Of a DNA stretch of 52,030 nucleotides, positions 44,334 to 52,030 are shown piece by piece. The position numbers and the translations under genes are program-made. Location of the stretch: IMG/VR virus record IMGVR_UViG_3300025889_000167, positions 1 through 52,030 of that record; one strand, written 5' to 3'. The notes beneath the pieces were generated by a model that was not told the DNA's origin, did not search any database, and saw nothing but the letters and a program-made list of their open reading frames with translations. Position 1 is the first letter of the stretch. Each line of letters opens with the position of its first letter. The DNA comes from a virus (Duplodnaviria > Caudoviricetes).

Positions 44334-44690
44334 TCAGCGCCAGCTGGCGTCCTTGTCCTGCCCGCCATCGGCCGCCTTCGCAGCCACCTTGCCGCGGTGC
44401 TTTTGGACGCCGTCATGCCAGATCAGCAGCTGCGCAGCGCAGCCCCGCTTGGCATCGTTGTCCTGGTGCAGACGCAGTAGCAACTCGTTCGCCGGCAATG
44501 GCATGCCGCCCTTGTCTTTCAGGTCAGGGTAGCTCGTCAGGCACTTTTCGATCGCAGCCGGGATATCCGGGATCGGGTCGTTCTTGACCACGACAAGCGG
44601 CGGCGACGGCTTGGGGCCGGTGTTGGCCGCCAGGTCACCGAGGTTTTGTGACCAAGTCGAGCACCCTGTCAGAGACACAGCGGCTAGCAT
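44334..44690 (-). CDS. o-spanin-like lipoprotein
   Basis: Lipobox LTGC; Pro-rich; overlaps i-spanin end; start approximate. Confidence 0.7.
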   Translation of the reverse strand: MLAAVSLTGCSTWSQNLGDLAANTGPKPSPPLVVVKNDPIPDIPAAIEKCLTSYPDLKDKGGMPLPANELLLRLHQDNDAKRGCAAQLLIWHDGVQKHRGKVAAKAADGGQDKDASWR

Positions 44691-45075
44691 CGACAGCAAC
44701 GCCCGAGTTGACCTCGCGCACAAGCTCGGCCCGCACCACGGCGAGGTCGGCATCCAGTTTGGCAGCATGGGACTGTACCTCCAATGTGATCCGCTCCGCA
44801 GCCGCCGCATCTGCCGCTGCCTGACGTGCGCGCTGCTCGGCGGCTGAGGCCCGCGCCTCGGCCGCTGCCAGCTCGTACTCCGATATGCACTGCTCCCGCC
44901 CCTGGGCGATCAGTGCCGCCTCGCGCGCCTGCCGCGCCTCCTCCCGCGCCTGCAGCATCTGGTGCCCCAGCGTAAGCGCGCCCAGCGCTAGGCCGGGCAC
45001 AATCAGCACCTTGAGCCATGGGCCGGCGACCTGCTCAAGCGTCCAGGCCAGCCCTTTCATGACGAGTCCGATCAT
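44635..45075 (-). CDS. i-spanin-like protein
   Basis: N-terminal TM, coiled coil, C-terminal Cys. Confidence 0.7.
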   Translation of the reverse strand: MIGLVMKGLAWTLEQVAGPWLKVLIVPGLALGALTLGHQMLQAREEARQAREAALIAQGREQCISEYELAAAEARASAAEQRARQAAADAAAAERITLEVQSHAAKLDADLAVVRAELVREVNSGVAVDASRCVSDRVLDLVTKPR

Positions 45076-45079
45076 GGGG

Positions 45080-46399
45080 CTACCTCCACAAGTTGATGCC
45101 GTCGCGGGCCGCCTTGAGCCGTGCGCGCACGATCGCCCAGCCGCCGGCGTACATCCACACGCCCGCAACAATGATGGCCAGCCACCACCAGTGCTTGATT
45201 CCCCATTCGATGGCCGACAGGACCGGCTGCAGCGTTACTTGGGCCTCTGGCACCCAGCCGACCGCGGAGTCAATCGCCGGCACCGGGTTAATTGGCTCCG
45301 GCGCAGACGGCGCATCGCTCGCTGCCCCGCCTGCCACGCCAACAGCAGCCACGCCTGTCCCGATCTGTTTGATATAACGCCCGGCCGCTACCTCGCTCGA
45401 GCCGGCTGCGGCCAACTCCTTCTCGGTGATGGCCGCGCGCTCGCTGCGGTCGATCGGCTCCGCCAAAGCGAGCGCTGCCTTGGTTGCCGGACCCACTACG
45501 ACGCCCGGCTCGAGCTGCTCGCCCTCCTCGTCCTGCCAGTCGGCCTTGAAGGCAGCCACGGCCCGGCGCGTCTCACGGCCATAGATGCCGTCGACTGCGC
45601 CTGGCGCATACTTCAGCTCCCGCAGCCGCCGCTGCAGGTCGGCCACCTCCGGGCCACTGGCGCCGATGCCAAGGCCGTCCATGATCGGGACGGCGCCGTC
45701 GCCCCATGTGTTCCAGGCACGCTTGAACCAGCGCTGGCGGTCGGCCCAGCCGTTGGGATCATGCTTGGAGTACGGATTGCCGCGATTGATTTGGTTGTGG
45801 GTTGCGCGCAGATAGTTGCAGTCGGCAAACTCGGACAGGCGGTAGCGCTGCCAGTACCAGATGGCGATGCGCAGCGCGATCTCGGGATCTTCTACCGTCT
45901 CGGGGCTGCCCTCGAGATCCAGGCCCACAGCGTCGCCAGCCTCGGCAAACCAGTGGCGGCCCGTGCCCTGGAACCAGCTCGCCCCGCGGTAGCGCCAGCC
46001 ATCGCCCTTTTCGACGTTGCCTAGCCGCTGGCCCAAGTCGTGCCAGCCGCCATAGGCCATCTCAGCTTTCAGGTCGGCACGGCCCCGGCAGGCGGTGTAG
46101 CGCGCCACTGTGGCCGGATCGGTCATTTTGAAGCGGTGCGGCCAGAGCTGGCACATGCGCTTGAGCGACCACGTCGTGTGCTCACGGATGATCGTGAAGC
46201 CACCGGTTTCGTGGCCTGGAATGCTCATGAAGTGGGCGACACGCAGCGGCGTGTTGATGCCGGCTTGATCCAGCAGCGGCCAGGATCGGGCCAGCACTTG
46301 CATGTAGCTGCGGTGGATGCCTGGTCGCGTGTCGGTGCTGCTGCGTGGTGCAGGTGGCGGCGAGAAGCGGTGCAGCTGGTCAATCGTCCACGGTGTCAT
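45080..46399 (-). CDS. Endolysin: GH19 catalytic domain, peptidoglycan-binding domain, C-terminal TM
   Basis: HETGGF, LGN...GDGWRYRG..FQGTGR; VADLQRRL...VDGIYGRETRRAV; WWWLAIIVAGVW. Confidence 0.88.
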   Translation of the reverse strand: MTPWTIDQLHRFSPPPAPRSSTDTRPGIHRSYMQVLARSWPLLDQAGINTPLRVAHFMSIPGHETGGFTIIREHTTWSLKRMCQLWPHRFKMTDPATVARYTACRGRADLKAEMAYGGWHDLGQRLGNVEKGDGWRYRGASWFQGTGRHWFAEAGDAVGLDLEGSPETVEDPEIALRIAIWYWQRYRLSEFADCNYLRATHNQINRGNPYSKHDPNGWADRQRWFKRAWNTWGDGAVPIMDGLGIGASGPEVADLQRRLRELKYAPGAVDGIYGRETRRAVAAFKADWQDEEGEQLEPGVVVGPATKAALALAEPIDRSERAAITEKELAAAGSSEVAAGRYIKQIGTGVAAVGVAGGAASDAPSAPEPINPVPAIDSAVGWVPEAQVTLQPVLSAIEWGIKHWWWLAIIVAGVWMYAGGWAIVRARLKAARDGINLWR

Positions 46400-47399
46400 C
46401 GATGGCCCCCAGGCTGTTGATTGTCTCAATGCCGCGCGCCAGGATGGCCGCACGCTCGTCCGCCGTCACCGCGCGCACCATCTGCGCTAACGTGGACTGC
46501 TCAATGCCATAGGCAGCCACCAGAAGCGCTGCCGCAGCATCGCCGCTGCGGATCACCTTCGCGGCTGCCGTGTTGTAGTCGCCGCAGGCAATGTGCGGGG
46601 CGAGGTCGGTCATGAGGTCGGCTGCATGATCCTGGCCGTCCCTGGCATAGATGCCGACCGTCCACACGCGCGGATCTGGGGCGTCTGCAACCAGCCGCAG
46701 CGACGCCTCGCGTAGGGCCACAGCGGGCGGCTTGTCGGTTTCCCCGGCCTCCGCCGGCTCTGCCGGCTCAGCTGCTTCCGGCGGAATCATGGCCATCAGC
46801 CGCTCTTCCGCCTCGGCCAGCATCTGCTCAAGGGCTGCCGCGCGCCTGTCCATGGCGTGCTCGACGGCAACAACGATCCGGTCGGTGTCGAGTGCAGGAG
46901 ATGGCTGCGGCGGCAAGGGCGGAGGCACCTGCCGCGCGTTGTTAGCGTCGGCGCCGCGCAGGAAGGCGGGCAGCGGATCGGCATCGTCATCGCCCACTTT
47001 CTGCTCGTCCGAGATCTTGATCAGCCGCGCCTCGAGGGCGCGCAACCGCTGCTGCACCTCGTCGTTGCCGATTGCGCCCAAGCGCTCCCAGACCTGACCT
47101 AGTGCAGCCTCAAACTTCTTTGCCCAATCCCTCGCTTGCTCGGCCTCGTGCGCCAGCCTTTCGACATTTGCAAAAAGCGCATCGATATCAGATGTGTGAT
47201 CAATGACAGGCATAGGCGATGGTTCCGCCGATTCGGCTGCCGCAGCCTGCGCCATTGGCAGCGACACGACGTTGTCTGGCCACTGCAGGTGCTCCGCCAC
47301 CATCGCGGCAAAGGCGGGCAGATCTACCGGGACACGCTTGCCAGGATTCTGCGCCGTGCACTCCACAATCAGATCTGCGATCACGTTGTCATTGGCCAT
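46380..47399 (-). CDS. Hypothetical coiled-coil protein
   Basis: 339 aa between tail and lysis genes. Confidence 0.65.
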   Translation of the reverse strand: MANDNVIADLIVECTAQNPGKRVPVDLPAFAAMVAEHLQWPDNVVSLPMAQAAAAESAEPSPMPVIDHTSDIDALFANVERLAHEAEQARDWAKKFEAALGQVWERLGAIGNDEVQQRLRALEARLIKISDEQKVGDDDADPLPAFLRGADANNARQVPPPLPPQPSPALDTDRIVVAVEHAMDRRAAALEQMLAEAEERLMAMIPPEAAEPAEPAEAGETDKPPAVALREASLRLVADAPDPRVWTVGIYARDGQDHAADLMTDLAPHIACGDYNTAAAKVIRSGDAAAALLVAAYGIEQSTLAQMVRAVTADERAAILARGIETINSLGAIDDTVDD

Positions 47400-47515
47400 G
47401 TTGTTTCACTCGATGCGATGGTGTAGCGGCATCCGCGATGCCGGTTGCTCACGATTCCGTGTACGGCATGGTCCAATCAACCGCGGCAGCTGCAATCGCT
47501 GCCTTGCCACCTTCA

Positions 47516-48385
47516 TTATGCTGAATATCTTACGATGACAATACCGGAGCCGCCGTTGCCGCCGACCCTCCCGCTGTTGCCGTCGGAGGCGCCGCCACCG
47601 CCGCCCGTGTTGGCCACGCCCGCCGAGGCTTGGACGCCGTTTTTGCCGCCGTCGCCGCCGCCGCCAGAGCCGCCCGTGCCTGGCGTGCCGTTGTACTCGG
47701 CGCCGCCGCCGCCGCCGGCATAGTATCCGCTGGCCCCGGTGCTGGTCGCCGTGGCCCAGGTCGAGTAAATATTGGTGCCGGCGCCGCCATTACCGCCGAC
47801 ATCCCCCGCGCCGTCGCCGCCGACCGCGCCGGCACCGCCGCCACCGCCGCCGCTACCTTCCGTCGATCCTGATCCGTTGCCGCCGTTGTTGCCCTGCCCG
47901 GATGTCCCGGCGCCGCCGCCTGAGCCACCGGCATAGGCGGACGAGCCGCCACCTGATCCGCCAGGCCGCCCGCTCGCTGCCGGATAGCCACCGCCGCCGC
48001 CGCCGCCGATCGCCGTCTCGGTGCCGAACACGGAGTTGTCGCCGTCGCCGCCGACGGTCGTGCCCCCCGTCCCGCCATTGCCGACGGTCACGGTCACGCC
48101 GACGCTAGCTGTGACGGCATAGGACGCATTGTATTTGAGACCTCCGGCGCCACCGCCGCCGCCGTAGTATGTTGCGCCGCCGCCACCGCCGCCGCCGATT
48201 ACCAGCACCTCGACGTTGCCGTCACCGGCCGGCGTGAACGTCCCCGACGACGTAAACGTGTGATAGGTGTAGCCGCCAGAGGTCACAATGGTGCCGCCGG
48301 TAGAGCCGGCCAAGCCGCCGGCCAAGCCGCCGGCCGATCTCGCACTGAATCCAATCAGGCTCGTCACGCGCAGCATCAGGGCCAC
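47516..48385 (-). CDS. Glycine-rich tail-associated protein
   Basis: YTYHTFTSSGTF, VLVIGGGGGGG, GGSGIVIVRY. Confidence 0.75.
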   Translation of the reverse strand: MALMLRVTSLIGFSARSAGGLAGGLAGSTGGTIVTSGGYTYHTFTSSGTFTPAGDGNVEVLVIGGGGGGGATYYGGGGGAGGLKYNASYAVTASVGVTVTVGNGGTGGTTVGGDGDNSVFGTETAIGGGGGGGYPAASGRPGGSGGGSSAYAGGSGGGAGTSGQGNNGGNGSGSTEGSGGGGGGAGAVGGDGAGDVGGNGGAGTNIYSTWATATSTGASGYYAGGGGGAEYNGTPGTGGSGGGGDGGKNGVQASAGVANTGGGGGASDGNSGRVGGNGGSGIVIVRYSA

Positions 48386-48951
48386 CTGGCGTCATCGGCA
48401 TAGTCCGCCGGGATTGGATCCAGTGCCTGAATTGCGAACGAGGCAGCCCAGAACGGTTGGCGAAATTGCGCCGCCGCAATTAGGACGTTTGCCCATTCCG
48501 TGGCCGTGACCCCGACGGCTCCGGTGTCGGTCAGCACGTTGATTGTGGTCGATCCGTTGTTTGTCGCGATCAGCGCGTTAGCGAGGTCCGTCACCTCCCG
48601 CCAGCCGACCATGTCGGCATTTGTCGTGCCGATGCGATGCACGCCGCGCGCGTCGCCGAAATCGTAGTCAAAGCCGGCCTGCAGGCGCCGTTCTCGCTCC
48701 GATGCAACGCGATTCGCCATATCCGCGTGCGGTATTGCCTCGACTGTCCACTGCCTCACGACCCGGTCCTGTTCGATGACGTCGATAGGTCCCGTAAGCT
48801 GCTGGTTGCGCGCGTCGAAGGCGGGCTTATCTTCAACGATGGGACGCCACACCGGGCCACCGTCAGACGACGTGATCGAGTCGGGATTGTCCTTCATCTC
48901 GCGCGCGACAATCACGCCATCAACCACCTTTGCGTAGAGCGGCATCATCAA
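48376..48951 (-). CDS. Tail fibre assembly-like protein (DUF4376-like)
   Basis: ERERRLQAGF; C-terminal IPADYADDARWP. Confidence 0.6.
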   Translation of the reverse strand: MMMPLYAKVVDGVIVAREMKDNPDSITSSDGGPVWRPIVEDKPAFDARNQQLTGPIDVIEQDRVVRQWTVEAIPHADMANRVASERERRLQAGFDYDFGDARGVHRIGTTNADMVGWREVTDLANALIATNNGSTTINVLTDTGAVGVTATEWANVLIAAAQFRQPFWAASFAIQALDPIPADYADDARWP

Positions 48952-49769
48952 TCGTCCTTGTTGACACTGGTCGTGTAGTGGATCTTGACGCCCAGCAGCT
49001 CTGCATCGCCGGTCATCGTGTCGGAGCCGTCCGCTGCGTCACGGTAAACTTTAAATACGACGTATTCCTCCGCGCCGGGTGATCCGGCCACTGTCAGCGC
49101 GCCGGACTCTGCCGAGATAATGCAGTCATCAGCTGCCGAGCCGGCCGCATCCGTCACCTCGACAGCTGTTCCGAACGCGGTGTCTAGCGGATCGTCGTCC
49201 GCAAACGCCACCGCTTCCAGCCCCCAGATGCAATCCCCGCTCGTCGCCCCGGTCTTCCACACGAACTGCGCAACAAGTGTCCCCGCGTCCCACGACTTTG
49301 GCATCTGCACTGCAAAGCAGGCATTTTCGCGCGTCGAGTCGTCAAACGCGAGATAGCTCAGCATCACATCATTGGTCGCAAGTTCCTCGGTTGCCGCTTC
49401 GGCGCCGTTGGTGTCTGTTGGCGTCATGGCGGCAGCCGGCACCCAGATCGTCTGCTGGCCAGGGCTGATGACATCCGCCAGTGGAGCGACGTAAACGAGC
49501 TTGGTCCCGGCGGAAAAGTTGACTGCTGATCCTGCATTGCTGGACGCCCGCACCGTCGTGCGTGCCAGCGTTGTGCTGGACGCGGTATATGTGCCGGTGC
49601 CGACCTCCCACTCGCCGGAACCAATAAGCTCGATCACGTAGTCGCACGTATTGCTATCACCGATGGCCGAAAAGGCCTGGTAGCCCGTCACGGCGCCAGC
49701 GAGCGTCAGCGTGCCGGTCCCCGTCGTGGTCGATGTTTCCTTCACGCGGTCTGCGTAGACGTGTGCCAT
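48948..49769 (-). CDS. Tail fibre / tail structural protein
   Basis: DRVKETSTTTGTG...WEVGTGTY...LARTTV. Confidence 0.65.
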   Translation of the reverse strand: MAHVYADRVKETSTTTGTGTLTLAGAVTGYQAFSAIGDSNTCDYVIELIGSGEWEVGTGTYTASSTTLARTTVRASSNAGSAVNFSAGTKLVYVAPLADVISPGQQTIWVPAAAMTPTDTNGAEAATEELATNDVMLSYLAFDDSTRENACFAVQMPKSWDAGTLVAQFVWKTGATSGDCIWGLEAVAFADDDPLDTAFGTAVEVTDAAGSAADDCIISAESGALTVAGSPGAEEYVVFKVYRDAADGSDTMTGDAELLGVKIHYTTSVNKDD

Positions 49770-49778
49770 CAGTCCCTC

Positions 49779-50399
49779 TCAGGCCAATACATAGGCGCGG
49801 GTGCGCGCAATTCTCTGCGCCGCGATGCCGGCTACCGTGGCCGCTCCCGCCGCCGCTGCAATCGCCGCAACATCTGCGGCGCCAACGCCTGTCGCCGCAC
49901 CGACGCCAGCTGCTGCGCCAGTCGGATACAACGAGCCGTCCACCGCCGCTGCGGTCGCAATGCCTGCGGCGGCACCGACAGCGCCGAAAACACTCGTGCC
50001 AACGCCAGGGGCCGCCCCGATACCAGCCGACGCACCCACACCGCGCACATCAGCCGCGCCAACGCCGGATGCTGCGCCGATGCCGGCGGCCGACCCAATG
50101 GTGCCGCCCGTGCCTTCAGCAGATGCAGCGCCAGCGCCGGCCGATAAACCGACAGATTCGGCGGTTGACGCGCCAACACCGGATGCCGCGCCCGTGCCGG
50201 TAGACGCGCCAGCCGCGCCGGACGCGGATGCGCCAACGCCGGATGCCGCGCCCGCGCCGGTAGACGCACCAACACCGGCAACGTCAGCTGCGCCAACGGC
50301 GGTTGCTGCTCCAACACCCGCCGATGATCCGGCGGCATACTGTGCTGCAAGCTGGTCATCGCCAAATGGCGCGGCGCCATAGGGCGCTCCCCCGAACAT
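49779..50399 (-). CDS. Ala/Gly-repeat structural protein
   Basis: About 15-aa imperfect repeats like GAS.GAGAASGVGAS; MFGGAPYGAAPFG start. Confidence 0.6.
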   Translation of the reverse strand: MFGGAPYGAAPFGDDQLAAQYAAGSSAGVGAATAVGAADVAGVGASTGAGAASGVGASASGAAGASTGTGAASGVGASTAESVGLSAGAGAASAEGTGGTIGSAAGIGAASGVGAADVRGVGASAGIGAAPGVGTSVFGAVGAAAGIATAAAVDGSLYPTGAAAGVGAATGVGAADVAAIAAAAGAATVAGIAAQRIARTRAYVLA

Positions 50400-50408
50400 C
50401 GGCTAGGA

Positions 50409-50837
50409 TCAATCCTCAGTAATAGCTGTGGCGGTCGTCAGCTTCGGCGTCACGCCAGACGAGATCGAGATGTTCGGCGTGACTGTGCCCTTGTAAAGCA
50501 CTTTGCCCGCCGCGCTGGCGGCTGTGCCAACAGCAAAGTGCGTGGCCGTCTCGGACCCGCCAGTCGCTGCCGGAAAGCTGATCTCGGCCGCAGGCGACAC
50601 GCTATTTCCAGACACCGTCCAACCCGACCCAGACCGCGCCACAGCCACGCGCGCATATGATGTGTAGGCGCACTCGTTTGTGGTCTGGTCGCCAGCCTCA
50701 CCGGGGTCTCCCGTGTGCAGGCTGACATATAGATTTGTCAGCGGAGACGACGACGCATTGTCGGCAATGTTCGCGATGCCGGTTGCGTTAAAGACCAGCA
50801 GAAGCCAGTCATTTTCGAATGTGTTGCTTTTGCTCAT
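50409..50837 (-). CDS. Tail-associated structural protein
   Basis: LYVSLHTGDPGEAG...YARVAV...THFAVG. Confidence 0.65.
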   Translation of the reverse strand: MSKSNTFENDWLLLVFNATGIANIADNASSSPLTNLYVSLHTGDPGEAGDQTTNECAYTSYARVAVARSGSGWTVSGNSVSPAAEISFPAATGGSETATHFAVGTAASAAGKVLYKGTVTPNISISSGVTPKLTTATAITED

Positions 50838-50841
50838 GAAC

Positions 50842-52030
50842 TTAGCTCCGTTGCACTTTGAGGATGAGCTGCGCGTAGGTCAGCCCGGATGCACTATCGA
50901 CATTTGCAACGAGTATGTCGCCGGCCAAGATCGCCGTCGTCCATCCCGTCAACGTGCCGTCGCTATACTTCTGCGCGCTGCTCAATGTCGGCTGCGCAGA
51001 GGCCGTGATACTATCCGCATCGGTCGGCGGATAGTTTGCAAACGTGTCTTTCCACACGTCTACCACGATTGAGCCTGTAGCCTTAGCCAGCAGCGTCGCC
51101 TCGACGATGGTACAGTCGAACGGCACGGGCACCATGGCCTGCTCACCAGCCTCGATAGCTGTTTCGCCACCCTCGAAGATGAACCCGACAGAAGCGAAGC
51201 CCGCATCGCCCTTTTGGGCCAGCAGCTGCCAATAGCTATTGCTTGTCGTCGGCAGAGTCGGAGGGGCGTTGCCGGTGCCGGCGGTCTCATTGACGTAGAT
51301 CCAGCTCGAGCCTGATTGCGTGACCACGTCTTGCTTGCTGTATTCCACCACGGCAGAATAGGCGCCACGGTTGGTCGGCGGTTTGAGTAGGCGCGGAACA
51401 CCCAGGTCCACACGCTGCAGGATCGGGATGTTGGCCATAACGCCTGGGGCGTGGCGCATACCGGCCTGACCCTGGTCGTTGCGGCCGCAGTAGCGCATCT
51501 CGCCGTCGCTATTGAGCGTCCACAGGCCATATTCTTGGTTGTTTCCAAAAACGCCCCAGGAGGCCAGAGTTCCCCATGCGCCCTGTACGGACCCCCAGGT
51601 CTGGTTGGCGGCGGCCGTTCCGGCGACGTTCTTGCCGGTCGCATAGAAAACATCATAACCGATTGAGGCCAGCCTCCTCACGCCGCTGATCGTCGCCTCG
51701 AGGTAAATCGCCGTATAGCTATTGCCGCCGGCAATGGCCACGCTTGTCAGATTGCCGGCGAAGCTGGCAGGCAAGCCAGAGAAGATCGTAAATGTGTTAA
51801 GGTTGGTCGTGCCCCCGTCACCGAGTAGGCCATACGAGGCAACATACCCGACCAAATAACCCTGGCCCGTCGATGTGATGGCGACACAATTATAGTATTC
51901 GCCACCGCCCGCATACAGCGCGCTAACGGTGAGCGCATCAATGGCGCCAGCGGCTTGCTGGAACGTGGTCGCGTCGGTGTTGGCCAGCGTTGCGGCATCA
52001 CCGATGCCATAAAGCTGGTTGCCGGCGCAC
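50842..52030 (-). CDS. Tail fibre, C-terminal part (joins 4-1620)
   Basis: In-frame ...SALYAGGGEYYNCVAITSTGQGYLVG...; RCC1-like YCGRNDQGQAG; CBM5/12-like YSKQDVV...YWQLL. Confidence 0.8.
   Translation of the reverse strand, partial: CAGNQLYGIGDAATLANTDATTFQQAAGAIDALTVSALYAGGGEYYNCVAITSTGQGYLVGYVASYGLLGDGGTTNLNTFTIFSGLPASFAGNLTSVAIAGGNSYTAIYLEATISGVRRLASIGYDVFYATGKNVAGTAAANQTWGSVQGAWGTLASWGVFGNNQEYGLWTLNSDGEMRYCGRNDQGQAGMRHAPGVMANIPILQRVDLGVPRLLKPPTNRGAYSAVVEYSKQDVVTQSGSSWIYVNETAGTGNAPPTLPTTSNSYWQLLAQKGDAGFASVGFIFEGGETAIEAGEQAMVPVPFDCTIVEATLLAKATGSIVVDVWKDTFANYPPTDADSITASAQPTLSSAQKYSDGTLTGWTTAILAGDILVANVDSASGLTYAQLILKVQRS
51887..52030. repeat. Terminal direct repeat (circular overlap), right copy
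   Basis: 144 bp matching 1-142. Confidence 0.95.

Overview
This window is an apparently complete, circularly permuted temperate phage genome of about 51.9 kb. Bases 1-142 repeat at 51887-52030, and the start copy lacks 2 bp. It has podovirus-like organisation (no tail-tube or tape-measure gene recognised; ejection-type genes and a GNAT instead) and a probable alphaproteobacterial host, inferred from GcrA-like proteins, an Omp25/RopB-like beta-barrel and a tandem cold-shock protein. The minus strand carries cro, replication genes, terS/terL, portal, scaffold, capsid, adaptors, ejection proteins, an RCC1-repeat tail fibre that spans the contig junction, further tail genes and lysis genes. The plus strand carries cI, an early operon, xis and int. 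An intact attP (3' half of tRNA-Thr(UGU)) lies at 42226-42273. The most unusual features are: (1) two paralogous ADP-ribosyltransferase-like (ART-PolyVal-type) genes bracketing the portal, which share a short [ST][LM]A[QR]xL motif with three other predicted internal virion proteins, a possible capsid-loaded effector system; (2) a set of host-regulator mimics (GcrA-like, DnaA domain IV, alpha-CTD, LexA DNA-binding domain, double CSD) alongside an adenine MTase with a tandem-repeat insert; (3) a Maf/DUF115-methyltransferase fusion beside the capsid genes; (4) an insulated moron with mirror-image promoters; (5) a repeat-punctuated small-gene array near attP. All family calls come from motifs recognised by eye; no searches were run.
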